Shown here in pieces: positions 19,839-27,033 of a stretch of 31,525 bases of DNA. Source of the stretch: a virus. Lineage: Duplodnaviria > Caudoviricetes. The notes beneath the pieces are model-generated. The model was not told the origin of the DNA and searched no databases. It saw only the letters and a list, made by a program, of their open reading frames with translations. The DNA is taken from positions 1 through 31,525 of the IMG/VR virus record IMGVR_UViG_3300030433_000076. One strand, 5' to 3'. Position 1 is the stretch's first letter, and every line of letters starts with the position of its first letter. A program made the position numbers and the translations under genes.

Positions 19839-21020
19839 ATGTCAACGATTAAGGTTCAAAATATACAGCACACAGGAAGTAGTACAAACGCTATTTCTCT
19901 TGCATCTGATGGAACGGCTACTGCTAATCTTACAAACATAGGTGGAGGGCAGTTAGGTAATAGAAATTTAATAATTAACGGAGCTATGCAAGTAGCTCAA
20001 CGTGGTACATCATCTACAACATCTGGTTATGCAACTGTTGATAGATTTGCAGTGCAGTATGGTGGAACAGATGAAGCACCTACTCAGGCACAGGTTGATG
20101 TGGCTGCTGGAACTTCACCTTATACAAATGGATTTAGAAAAGCATATAAAATTACAAATGGAAATCAAACAAGTGGTGCTGGTGCTGCTGATTTTGTAAG
20201 ATACCGCATAAGAATAGAGAATCAAGACATTGCTAACAGTGGTTGGAATTATACATCTAGTTCAAGCAGCATAACATTATCTTTTTGGGTAAAATCAAGT
20301 GTCGCACAAAATTTTTATGGACATTTACTTACATTAGAGGGTACTCAACAAGGTTATCCTTTTGAGACAGGTTCTTTAACTGCTGATACTTGGACAAAAA
20401 TAACAAAAACAATTCCTGGTAATAGTAATTTAACTTTTGCTAATAATAATACTCTTGGTTTGGAGGTTTCTATTTATGGTTTTCTTGGCACAGATTTTAC
20501 AGCTTCAGGTGTTACTGAAAATGCTTGGAATGCTTGGAGTAGTAGCACTTATACAGAAGATCAAACCTCAACATGGTACACAACAAATAATGCGACTTTA
20601 GAAATTACAGGAGTTCAATTAGAAGTAGGCACCGTGGCAACAGATTTTGAGCATAGGTCATTTGCACAGGAGCTTCTATTATGCCAGAGGTATTACTACA
20701 GAACAACTCCACTTAATTTAGGTTTCTTTGGAGTTGGTAATGTTGACGGAAGTAATCAATCACAAATATTAATTACTTTTCCTACAGAAATGAGATCCAA
20801 ACCCACATCTGTAGAAACATCAGGAACGGCTGCTCAATATGCCTTAAGAGTTAGTACAAATGCTACATGTTCTTCTGTACCAGCAATAGGCAATACTACA
20901 ACTGTAAATGCAATATGTGAATTTAATTCAACTAGTCATGGATTTACAAGTGGACAAGCCGCGTTTGGTAGATCACTTTCAGACGCTGCTTTTTTAGGTT
21001 TTGCAGGAGCAGAATTATGA
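19839..21020 (+). CDS. Tail fibre / receptor-binding protein with carbohydrate-binding-like domain
   Basis: NRNLIINGAMQVAQRG, TLSFWVKS, ITGVQLEVGTVATDFEHRSFAQELLLCQRYY. Confidence 0.75.
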   Translation: MSTIKVQNIQHTGSSTNAISLASDGTATANLTNIGGGQLGNRNLIINGAMQVAQRGTSSTTSGYATVDRFAVQYGGTDEAPTQAQVDVAAGTSPYTNGFRKAYKITNGNQTSGAGAADFVRYRIRIENQDIANSGWNYTSSSSSITLSFWVKSSVAQNFYGHLLTLEGTQQGYPFETGSLTADTWTKITKTIPGNSNLTFANNNTLGLEVSIYGFLGTDFTASGVTENAWNAWSSSTYTEDQTSTWYTTNNATLEITGVQLEVGTVATDFEHRSFAQELLLCQRYYYRTTPLNLGFFGVGNVDGSNQSQILITFPTEMRSKPTSVETSGTAAQYALRVSTNATCSSVPAIGNTTTVNAICEFNSTSHGFTSGQAAFGRSLSDAAFLGFAGAEL

Positions 21021-21184
21021 AGTATTATCAAAAACTTGAAAAAACAAATACAGATTCTATTCAAATTTTTAAAAGAGTAGAAGATGATGGTTCATATAGA
21101 ATTACTTGTACTGAAGAATGTCCAGATTATTTAGCTTGGATAGCTGAAGGTAATACACCTAAAGAAGTTGGCTACACAGAGTAA
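21017..21184 (+). CDS. Small fibre-assembly-like protein (55 aa, absent from ORF track)
   Basis: Hand translation ending DYLAWIAEGNTPKEVGYTE; ATGA overlap with the fibre gene. Confidence 0.7.
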   Translation: MKYYQKLEKTNTDSIQIFKRVEDDGSYRITCTEECPDYLAWIAEGNTPKEVGYTE

Positions 21185-21316
21185 TTAATTAATCTTTTCA
21201 TGCATTTGCCTTGTCATTATCCCCATAGTGACGTAGAGAGGGGATAGGGCTACAATAAGCAGTAATACGACTACAGACATTAATGCTGTAGCTCTTGCTA
21301 TCTGTTCTTTAATCAT
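21185..21316 (-). CDS. Small single-TM protein (43 aa)
   Basis: MIKEQIARATALMSVVVLLLIVALSPLYVTMGIMTRQMHEKIN exactly fills the gap between flanking + genes. Confidence 0.55.
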   Translation of the reverse strand: MIKEQIARATALMSVVVLLLIVALSPLYVTMGIMTRQMHEKIN

Positions 21317-21548
21317 GCAAAAAATAATTAATGGAATTGCCTGTTTAACTTTCTTGTTAACATTAGGCTTTATAGGCACAGCATACTTTGGTTATAAATA
21401 CATTACAAGTCCGAAAGGACAGGAAAAAATAAAAAAACAAATATTAGATGAACTAAAAGGCGGTATGCCTAAACTAATCAATAAAGAACTTCCTAAATTT
21501 ACACAACCTGCATTACCTACAAAACCACAAAAAAAAATTAGTTTTTAA
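21315..21548 (+). CDS. Membrane-anchored protein with Pro-rich tail
   Basis: N-terminal TM IINGIACLTFLLTLGFIGTAYFGY; TAATG coupling to the next gene. Confidence 0.75.
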   Translation: MQKIINGIACLTFLLTLGFIGTAYFGYKYITSPKGQEKIKKQILDELKGGMPKLINKELPKFTQPALPTKPQKKISF

Positions 21549-22246
21549 TGCCAGAAATTAATTTAATACCTAGTTCAGCAATACCACGTATACCGATAAT
21601 AAAAATACCTGTAGAGCAATCTTTACCTAATACACAACATATAACAAGAACATTACCACCAACGCTTACAATGCCTTGTGTAACGCTTAGAAATGATGGT
21701 ACTAAGAATAATAAATTATTTATAGATGATCCTTCTGGTAACAAAACAATATGCCCTTTACCTTATTATGTACCTATTCAATATGACAAAAAGAAAATAC
21801 AACTTGTAGAAGAAGCTAAACCACCTACAAATGTTGAACCACCAGAACCAGAAGTAGAGGAACCAGAAGTACCAGAAATACCAGAAGATGAAAAGGTTGA
21901 ATGTCCTGATCCAAAAAAAAATAATCCTAGAATTGGTGATTTAAATGCAAAAGGTACTGAGAAAGTAACAGGATATAAATATATAGAAGAAACTAAAGAA
22001 TGTGTGATCCAGTGGGCTAATACATCAGCAGTAGAAAAATACCTACCTAGCTTAAATACAGTATCTACAACTTTCGCAATAACAGTAGTAGCTACAACAG
22101 CTGCAACATTAACCCCTTTATTAAATAGAGTGTTAAAGCCTTTATTTAAACAAATTATTGGTAGAGTCAAAAAATTAATAGGTAAAAAAGGTACAAAGTT
22201 TGAAGGTAAAAAGCCAATAAAGAGTAAATTAAATAAAAGTAGCTAA
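21548..22246 (+). CDS. Pro-rich, Cys-containing protein with C-terminal TM and basic tail
   Basis: PEPEVEEPEVPEIP linker, 4 Cys, TM TTFAITVVATTAATLTPLL, then Lys-rich end. Confidence 0.8.
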   Translation: MPEINLIPSSAIPRIPIIKIPVEQSLPNTQHITRTLPPTLTMPCVTLRNDGTKNNKLFIDDPSGNKTICPLPYYVPIQYDKKKIQLVEEAKPPTNVEPPEPEVEEPEVPEIPEDEKVECPDPKKNNPRIGDLNAKGTEKVTGYKYIEETKECVIQWANTSAVEKYLPSLNTVSTTFAITVVATTAATLTPLLNRVLKPLFKQIIGRVKKLIGKKGTKFEGKKPIKSKLNKSS

Positions 22247-22260
22247 TATTAAAATAAGTA

Positions 22261-22289
22261 TTGCATAATTTAGGGGTATACCCCATACT
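22261..22289 (+). promoter_or_regulatory. Sigma70-type promoter containing palindrome GGGGTATACCCC
   Basis: TTGCAT-17-CATACT; 12-bp perfect palindrome at 22273-22284. Confidence 0.7.
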
Positions 22290-22323
22290 GAATGTAATTA
22301 TTGTTCTACATTTATTATTTGCC

Positions 22324-22482
22324 ATGTCATTTGAAGAAGAACTAGAGCAAATAGAAAGAGAAGAATGGTTATCTAAGTTTGATGATCGTCAAGTTATGAT
22401 GGCTGCAAGAATGTTTTTAGAATGGCTATATCATTTGCCAGATGATTGGCAGCCAAAACAATATACAGAATTTACTTTATAA
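22324..22482 (+). CDS. Hypothetical acidic protein (52 aa)
   Basis: ATG at 22324, downstream of the promoter, preferred over TTG at 22261. Confidence 0.65.
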   Translation: MSFEEELEQIEREEWLSKFDDRQVMMAARMFLEWLYHLPDDWQPKQYTEFTL

Positions 22483-22484
22483 TT

Positions 22485-22799
22485 ATGAACACGCAACCAG
22501 AACAATTATTACGCCAACTTAAGGTATTGCAATTACAAAAAAAAGAAATTGATATGCAAATAACAGAGAAGAAAATGGTATTAGAAAAGTATTATTTAGA
22601 AGGTATCATTATGAGTACTTTTAGTATTGATGGTGTAAAAGTAACAAGAAAACGTAAACCAGAAAAATGGCAATATAGTAATACTACAGATCAATTTAGA
22701 AAAGATATGTTAAATGCTATAGAAGATAAAGAACAACAGGAAAGAGAAGAAGGAATAGCAATTAAATTAGAAACTGGTTATACATGGGCAATGAAATGA
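22485..22799 (+). CDS. Hypothetical coiled-coil protein
   Basis: ATG 2 nt after the previous stop; ATGA overlap with the next gene. Confidence 0.7.
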   Translation: MNTQPEQLLRQLKVLQLQKKEIDMQITEKKMVLEKYYLEGIIMSTFSIDGVKVTRKRKPEKWQYSNTTDQFRKDMLNAIEDKEQQEREEGIAIKLETGYTWAMK

Positions 22800-23065
22800 A
22801 AACAACAGAAAGAGTAGAAAACGCATTTAGGCGTATAAAAGAGTTACTTACGTTAGTAGCAGATTGGACAAAAAAACAAAAAGAACCAGATGCACTAAGT
22901 TTAGAATTTAATAAAAAAAAGCAACAAATGATAGATGATTTATATGTACAGTTAGGTGCATTAAGTGACAGGTATCATTTTAGTAATAAAAAAGAATTTA
23001 GTACAAAAGAATATATAGTGCAGTATGACCAGTTAAAGAAAAAAATAACAGATTTAGAAAAATGA
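22796..23065 (+). CDS. Hypothetical protein
   Basis: MKTTERVENAFRRIKELL; ATGA overlaps at both ends. Confidence 0.7.
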   Translation: MKTTERVENAFRRIKELLTLVADWTKKQKEPDALSLEFNKKKQQMIDDLYVQLGALSDRYHFSNKKEFSTKEYIVQYDQLKKKITDLEK

Positions 23066-23403
23066 ACGCACAAAAAAATAAAGGCGATAGGGCAGAAAGA
23101 GAAGCGTGTATTTATTTAACAGCAGCTACAGGACATATAGTAGAAAGACGTTTTGGTGCTGGTCAGGATAAAGATAAAGGTGATTTACTTGGCATACCTA
23201 ATACTGTTGTACAGGTATGTGATATGAAAGATAAGAGTGAAGCTGTATTAAGAAAGCCTAGAGAAGCAGAACAACAGCGACTAAATGCAAATGTAGACCA
23301 TGCTATTACAATGGTCAGGTTTAATAAAAGACCAGGCTGTGCAGAAGGTGATAACTGGCGTGTTGTAATGACTATTGAACAGTACGCAAGATTAATAAAA
23401 TGA
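23062..23403 (+). CDS. Holliday junction resolvase-like PD-(D/E)XK nuclease
   Basis: KNKGDRAERE, DKGDL, VVQVC (in place of the usual ExK), WRVVM. Confidence 0.65.
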   Translation: MNAQKNKGDRAEREACIYLTAATGHIVERRFGAGQDKDKGDLLGIPNTVVQVCDMKDKSEAVLRKPREAEQQRLNANVDHAITMVRFNKRPGCAEGDNWRVVMTIEQYARLIK

Positions 23404-23537
23404 ATTGTCTGTACTGTAAAAAAGAATTAATTATAAGTGATACGCAAGAATATGAATTAGATGATACTTATGATTTTATAACGTATCTACATTGTGCAGA
23501 ATGTAAAACAGATGTAGAGGTATATAAAAAAAAATAA
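23400..23537 (+). CDS. Small zinc-ribbon protein (45 aa, absent from ORF track)
   Basis: MNCLYCKKELII...YLHCAECKTDVEVY, two CxxC pairs; ATGA overlap. Confidence 0.7.
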   Translation: MNCLYCKKELIISDTQEYELDDTYDFITYLHCAECKTDVEVYKKK

Positions 23538-23545
23538 TTAATATG

Positions 23546-23574
23546 TTGACAGGGGTATACCCCTTGTATATACT
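23546..23574 (+). promoter_or_regulatory. Near-consensus sigma70 promoter containing palindrome AGGGGTATACCCCT
   Basis: TTGACA-17-TATACT; 14-bp perfect palindrome at 23551-23564. Confidence 0.85.
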
Positions 23575-23607
23575 AAGAATGTACTAAACAACCGAGAGGT
23601 TTTCCAA

Positions 23608-24132
23608 ATGACTAAAACAACTACAGACAAAAAAGAGTTTTTCAAAAAGCAAATAGCCTGTATTACTGAATATGTTAAGCAAGATCCAGAAGTAAGTTCT
23701 GAATTTTATTATGAATTTATTAAAGGCTGTAACCCTACACCTGCTGATTATGAAGCTGTATCTGAACCACTATATAGAACACTAAATGTAAGTCAGGGTT
23801 TTAATGATTGGCAAAATGATTTCAAAGTAAGAGTAGGTTCACCTAAATTACGCAAAGGTGTATATGCACCAACAGGTGAGAATCGTGTATACGATATGAA
23901 CTGCATCTGGAATGTAAGTTTACATTTATGTGATGGCAAGTATGTAGGAATTAATGCAGGTGCTTGTATATCAAGTAGCTACAGCAAAGAACAATTAATG
24001 GCAAATCGCAGAATGTACAACTTAAGACCTGTTGCAAATGGTGAGAAAGTAATTATTAATGGTGAGTTTTACATTGCTAAAGTTAATGGTCATTACTCAA
24101 ACTGCATTGAATTTACAAAGGAGGTAGCATAA
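23608..24132 (+). CDS. Hypothetical early protein (174 aa)
   Basis: First ORF after the strong promoter; GAGG SD upstream. Confidence 0.75.
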   Translation: MTKTTTDKKEFFKKQIACITEYVKQDPEVSSEFYYEFIKGCNPTPADYEAVSEPLYRTLNVSQGFNDWQNDFKVRVGSPKLRKGVYAPTGENRVYDMNCIWNVSLHLCDGKYVGINAGACISSSYSKEQLMANRRMYNLRPVANGEKVIINGEFYIAKVNGHYSNCIEFTKEVA

Positions 24133-24263
24133 TGCAAAACTTTCTAATGATGTTAGCAGCGTCAGGGTTGTTTTATACAGCCCTTTCATCAACTTTATAT
24201 GACATGACAGTAACAGATTGCAATGCAGGTATAGAACTAGCTTGTAAGGAGGTAAACAAGTAA
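24132..24263 (+). CDS. Small hydrophobic two-Cys peptide (43 aa, absent from ORF track)
   Basis: MQNFLMMLAASGLFYTALSSTLYDMTVTDCNAGIELACKEVNK; AAGGAGGT SD; TAATG coupling. Confidence 0.7.
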   Translation: MQNFLMMLAASGLFYTALSSTLYDMTVTDCNAGIELACKEVNK

Positions 24264-24436
24264 TGGGTACTTTATTAAACTTGACTCATGCAGAATTAAA
24301 AGAGGTTTATTTATCTCTTACTAAGGGTCAATGGAAAGATTTAGAAGCTAATAAGTCAGCAACAGAAAAAGTACAAAAGTATTTAGTAGATGTTGCTATG
24401 ACCTGTGAATTTGAAACTAAGGAGGTAAACAAATGA
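24263..24436 (+). CDS. Hypothetical protein (57 aa, absent from ORF track)
   Basis: MGTLLNLTHAELKEVY...; TAAGGAGGT SD; coupled at both ends. Confidence 0.7.
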   Translation: MGTLLNLTHAELKEVYLSLTKGQWKDLEANKSATEKVQKYLVDVAMTCEFETKEVNK

Positions 24437-24762
24437 AACTAAAATTAGATTTACCAAGAGAAAGATGGGATTTTATTAAAAGCAAATTAGAACCACATAA
24501 AAGAGATTCTGAAACTGTTACTTTGTTTTGTCATGCAATAGACTCTTTTGATCTTGAAGAATCACTACCACAAAAAATATTTCAAGTTTTATCGGCTAGT
24601 GGTAAAAATCCTTTTCAGTTTCCTAAAGCAAGAATGTTGCAAGATTGTAATGGAGGTGCAGGTATTCTAAAAGAAATTGCTATGCAAGATATATCATTAC
24701 CTACTTTAGCTGATTCTTATTATCAGTTTCTTTTAGACAATTTTAAAATGGAGAAGAAATAA
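24433..24762 (+). CDS. Hypothetical protein (109 aa)
   Basis: TAAGGAGGT SD, ATGA overlap. Confidence 0.75.
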   Translation: MKLKLDLPRERWDFIKSKLEPHKRDSETVTLFCHAIDSFDLEESLPQKIFQVLSASGKNPFQFPKARMLQDCNGGAGILKEIAMQDISLPTLADSYYQFLLDNFKMEKK

Positions 24763-25064
24763 TGACTACACAAAATTGGATTAAATCAAAAGATGGTAGC
24801 TTTGCAATTAGCTTAGAAGAAATAACATTCTCATTAGTAAAAAATAGTGATGTACCTAGATTTTCTATTATGTGGTGGGATAAAGGTGCTACTAATCCTA
24901 ATGCTACTCTCATGGATCTACTTAATATAGTTGCGCCTGATCCAGAAATACCTATGCCAATATCACAAAAAGTATATGACTTAGTTATGGAAAATTATGG
25001 TGAATATCTAAAAGTTAGATTTAATAATTATTGTGAGAATAAAGGTTGGAATAAAATAGAATAA
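24762..25064 (+). CDS. Hypothetical protein (100 aa)
   Basis: GGAG SD, TAATG coupling. Confidence 0.7.
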   Translation: MTTQNWIKSKDGSFAISLEEITFSLVKNSDVPRFSIMWWDKGATNPNATLMDLLNIVAPDPEIPMPISQKVYDLVMENYGEYLKVRFNNYCENKGWNKIE

Positions 25065-25068
25065 TGAT

Positions 25069-25186
25069 TTAGTCGGGAAGCCTGATAGTTAGTTTAGTAG
25101 TGTTTGCTAACTTGAAAGTTATACAAAACCTATTGCATGGTAGGAAAGACAGGGCAAGTGTTGGACTTGATCTATATCCTGACTAA
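25069..25186 (+). ncRNA. Putative multi-stem structured RNA
   Basis: 10-bp closing stem 25069-78/25177-86 enclosing four further helices; G-U pairs favour the + strand; fills the whole intergenic gap. Confidence 0.55.
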
Positions 25187-25351
25187 TTAATTTAATTTAG
25201 GGAACAATTGCTGTTCAAGCAGGTCTACTGCACGGTCATCCAATGTATTTGAGGTCTGCTTACAAATTGACCGTAGTAAATCTACAATTAACCTCTTGCA
25301 TCCTGTTGTAGAAAGAAAGCGTAGCAGTATAGGTTTTAAAATTTTGTACAT
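25187..25351 (-). CDS. Small amphipathic protein (54 aa), possible lysis accessory
   Basis: MYKILKPILLRFLS...LIVDLL...TSNTLDDRAVD; resembles a small family I recall from cyanophages. Confidence 0.7.
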   Translation of the reverse strand: MYKILKPILLRFLSTTGCKRLIVDLLRSICKQTSNTLDDRAVDLLEQQLFPKLN

Positions 25352-25408
25352 GACTTTGTTTAGGTTTACAAACATACTATAGACGTTATTGTAAAAATGG
25401 TCATCTAG

Positions 25409-25450
25409 GGCTGTTTAATCCCCATCGCAAAGCTAGACAGCCTTTTTTTT
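25409..25450 (+). terminator. Terminator-like hairpin with large loop, antisense to flanking genes
   Basis: GGCTGTTTA/TAGACAGCC stem, 16-nt loop, T8. Confidence 0.55.
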
Positions 25451-25679
25451 ACCTTCTAGGCTTAATTTCTGCAACGGCAAGTTCTACTTCTTTTAATCTG
25501 TGAAATACCTCTTTCATATCGTCATGCATATCATCTATTTTTGTTGTTAATAATTCTATTGCTGTTGTATTTCTTACTAAGTCATCCCTCGATTGTCTAC
25601 CTCTATATGATACAGAACCTACAGATACAAAACAGGCTGTTAACATTGCCCCACCTACTGCTGCTACTACTTCTATCAC
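25449..25679 (-). CDS. N-terminal TM plus coiled-coil protein (holin-like architecture)
   Basis: IEVVAAVGGAMLTACFVSVGSV followed by heptads LTTKIDDMHDDMKEVFHRLKEVE. Confidence 0.7.
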   Translation of the reverse strand: MIEVVAAVGGAMLTACFVSVGSVSYRGRQSRDDLVRNTTAIELLTTKIDDMHDDMKEVFHRLKEVELAVAEIKPRR

Positions 25680-25691
25680 TTTTCTTAACCC

Positions 25692-25714
25692 TAATCTATA
25701 GCTATTATAGATTA
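25692..25714. promoter_or_regulatory. Inverted repeat between divergent genes
   Basis: TAATCTATA-gctat-TATAGATTA in the 42-bp divergent gap. Confidence 0.5.
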
Positions 25715-25721
25715 AAAACCT

Positions 25722-26096
25722 ATGTCAGAGCAAAAATCTAAAAATCCTCTACAAAAGCTTAAAGAAAAATTTGATGATAAAGAAGAACAATTTGAATATA
25801 TATCAGTAGCAGTTAGACTTCTGGTAGTTTTTTGGAGTGGCCTTCTAGTTACAAGTAATTACTTGCCTAAGATACCTGGTCTAACTACAGGAGAAAAACA
25901 GGATATTACATTTCCGGCCAGTTTGTTAGCATCAAGTCTTTCTAGTTTTGGTTTAGAAGGTGCTAAAAAACGTAAGGAAAACCAAGAGAAACCTAAAGAA
26001 GTTGCACAAAGTGACAATTCATACCAAACTATAAGGGTAGAAACACCTATAAAAATAATTGGTGCTACTGTGGTTGACCCCAATACAAAAAAATGA
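25722..26096 (+). CDS. Inner-membrane protein (1-2 TM)
   Basis: YISVAVRLLVVFWSGLLVT and ITFPASLLASSLSSFGL segments with charged termini. Confidence 0.8.
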   Translation: MSEQKSKNPLQKLKEKFDDKEEQFEYISVAVRLLVVFWSGLLVTSNYLPKIPGLTTGEKQDITFPASLLASSLSSFGLEGAKKRKENQEKPKEVAQSDNSYQTIRVETPIKIIGATVVDPNTKK

Positions 26097-26596
26097 AACG
26101 ATTTCTACCTTTACTGCTGTTAGCAGTTACACCTGCTTGTTATGCAGATTTATCACACAGTATAACTAGCTCAACAAAACTTACAGTAGGAGGAGCTAGT
26201 ACAACTTCTTCAAGGCTTGGAAACAGCTATAGCATTAGCGGTTCTGGGGTAGATACAAGTTACACTACCGCAGCAGGGCAATCAGTTAGTGATGGGTTAG
26301 GATCTTTAAATGTCTCAAGTGGTGTAGCTACTGCTCCATCTATTACAGTTACACAAAAAACAGCTGGGAACAGTTTTACATTTAGTCAGTCATACAATCA
26401 AGCTGACGCAATACCAACATCAGCAGTTACAGTTGGAGCTAATCCTAATTTTTCTGATAATGTTACAAGTATTGCAGGTGGTACAGCAGGTGATTTAGCA
26501 GGTACGATTACTTCAGCAGGAGCAATAACACTAACAGCAGGTGGTCATAATACTGAGGCACTAGGGCAAGTAACATCTACATTAATAGTTGACTAG
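26093..26596 (+). CDS. Secreted Ser/Thr/Gly-rich beta protein
   Basis: Signal peptide MKRFLPLLLLAVTPACYA; ATGA overlap. Confidence 0.8.
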   Translation: MKRFLPLLLLAVTPACYADLSHSITSSTKLTVGGASTTSSRLGNSYSISGSGVDTSYTTAAGQSVSDGLGSLNVSSGVATAPSITVTQKTAGNSFTFSQSYNQADAIPTSAVTVGANPNFSDNVTSIAGGTAGDLAGTITSAGAITLTAGGHNTEALGQVTSTLIVD

Positions 26597-26604
26597 CTAT
26601 AGCT

Positions 26605-27033
26605 ATGTATAGGTTTATATTTCTGCTAAGTTTTTTTAGCTTACCTGTATATGCTCAAAGTGTAATTCCTAATTTCCAACAGGGAGTACTAAACCAAAGA
26701 TCAGAAACAAAATCTACAACAGTTGAGGACATAAAAAGTTTTGATATACGTAATGGTTACCAACTAACAATAGGAGGCGTAAATGTAAAAAGTTCTACAG
26801 GCAATGTAGCCCCTAATGGGTGGACAAAAGTAGATACAACAGTACAAGGTGTAGGAACTACATATGTATCACCAAACTTAGATAATAAACCTACTTTTAG
26901 TATTGTAAATCAAGGTGAGAGTTTCCAATATTATGAAACTTTAGAAACACCTGGTATTACTAATTACACGCATATAATTAGGACTACTCAGATACAAAAT
27001 ATAACTGATACAACATCTACCTTTAGTCAATGA
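26605..27033 (+). CDS. Secreted Thr-rich beta protein
   Basis: Signal peptide MYRFIFLLSFFSLPVYA; VIPNFQQG N-terminus, TDTTSTFSQ C-terminus. Confidence 0.8.
   Translation: MYRFIFLLSFFSLPVYAQSVIPNFQQGVLNQRSETKSTTVEDIKSFDIRNGYQLTIGGVNVKSSTGNVAPNGWTKVDTTVQGVGTTYVSPNLDNKPTFSIVNQGESFQYYETLETPGITNYTHIIRTTQIQNITDTTSTFSQ

Noticed and set aside
17866-21184. Diversity-generating retroelement or invertase-driven fibre switching
   Set aside because: No reverse transcriptase or recombinase, no adenine-specific TR/VR pair and no inverted cassettes seen
25080-25155. Hammerhead ribozyme (CTGAT...stem...GAAA)
   Set aside because: Core reads CUGAUAG rather than CUGANGA and there is no NUH triplet after the stem following GAAA; kept only as an unassigned structured RNA
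25234-25243. 10-bp match GGTCATCCAA to the terminal repeat
   Set aside because: Inside a coding region, partial, lacks flanking cos elements; plausibly chance
26594-26605. Palindrome TAGCTATAGCTA between two secreted-protein genes
   Set aside because: Short, AT-rich and overlapping stop/start codons; no support for function beyond loose similarity to the 25692 inverted repeat
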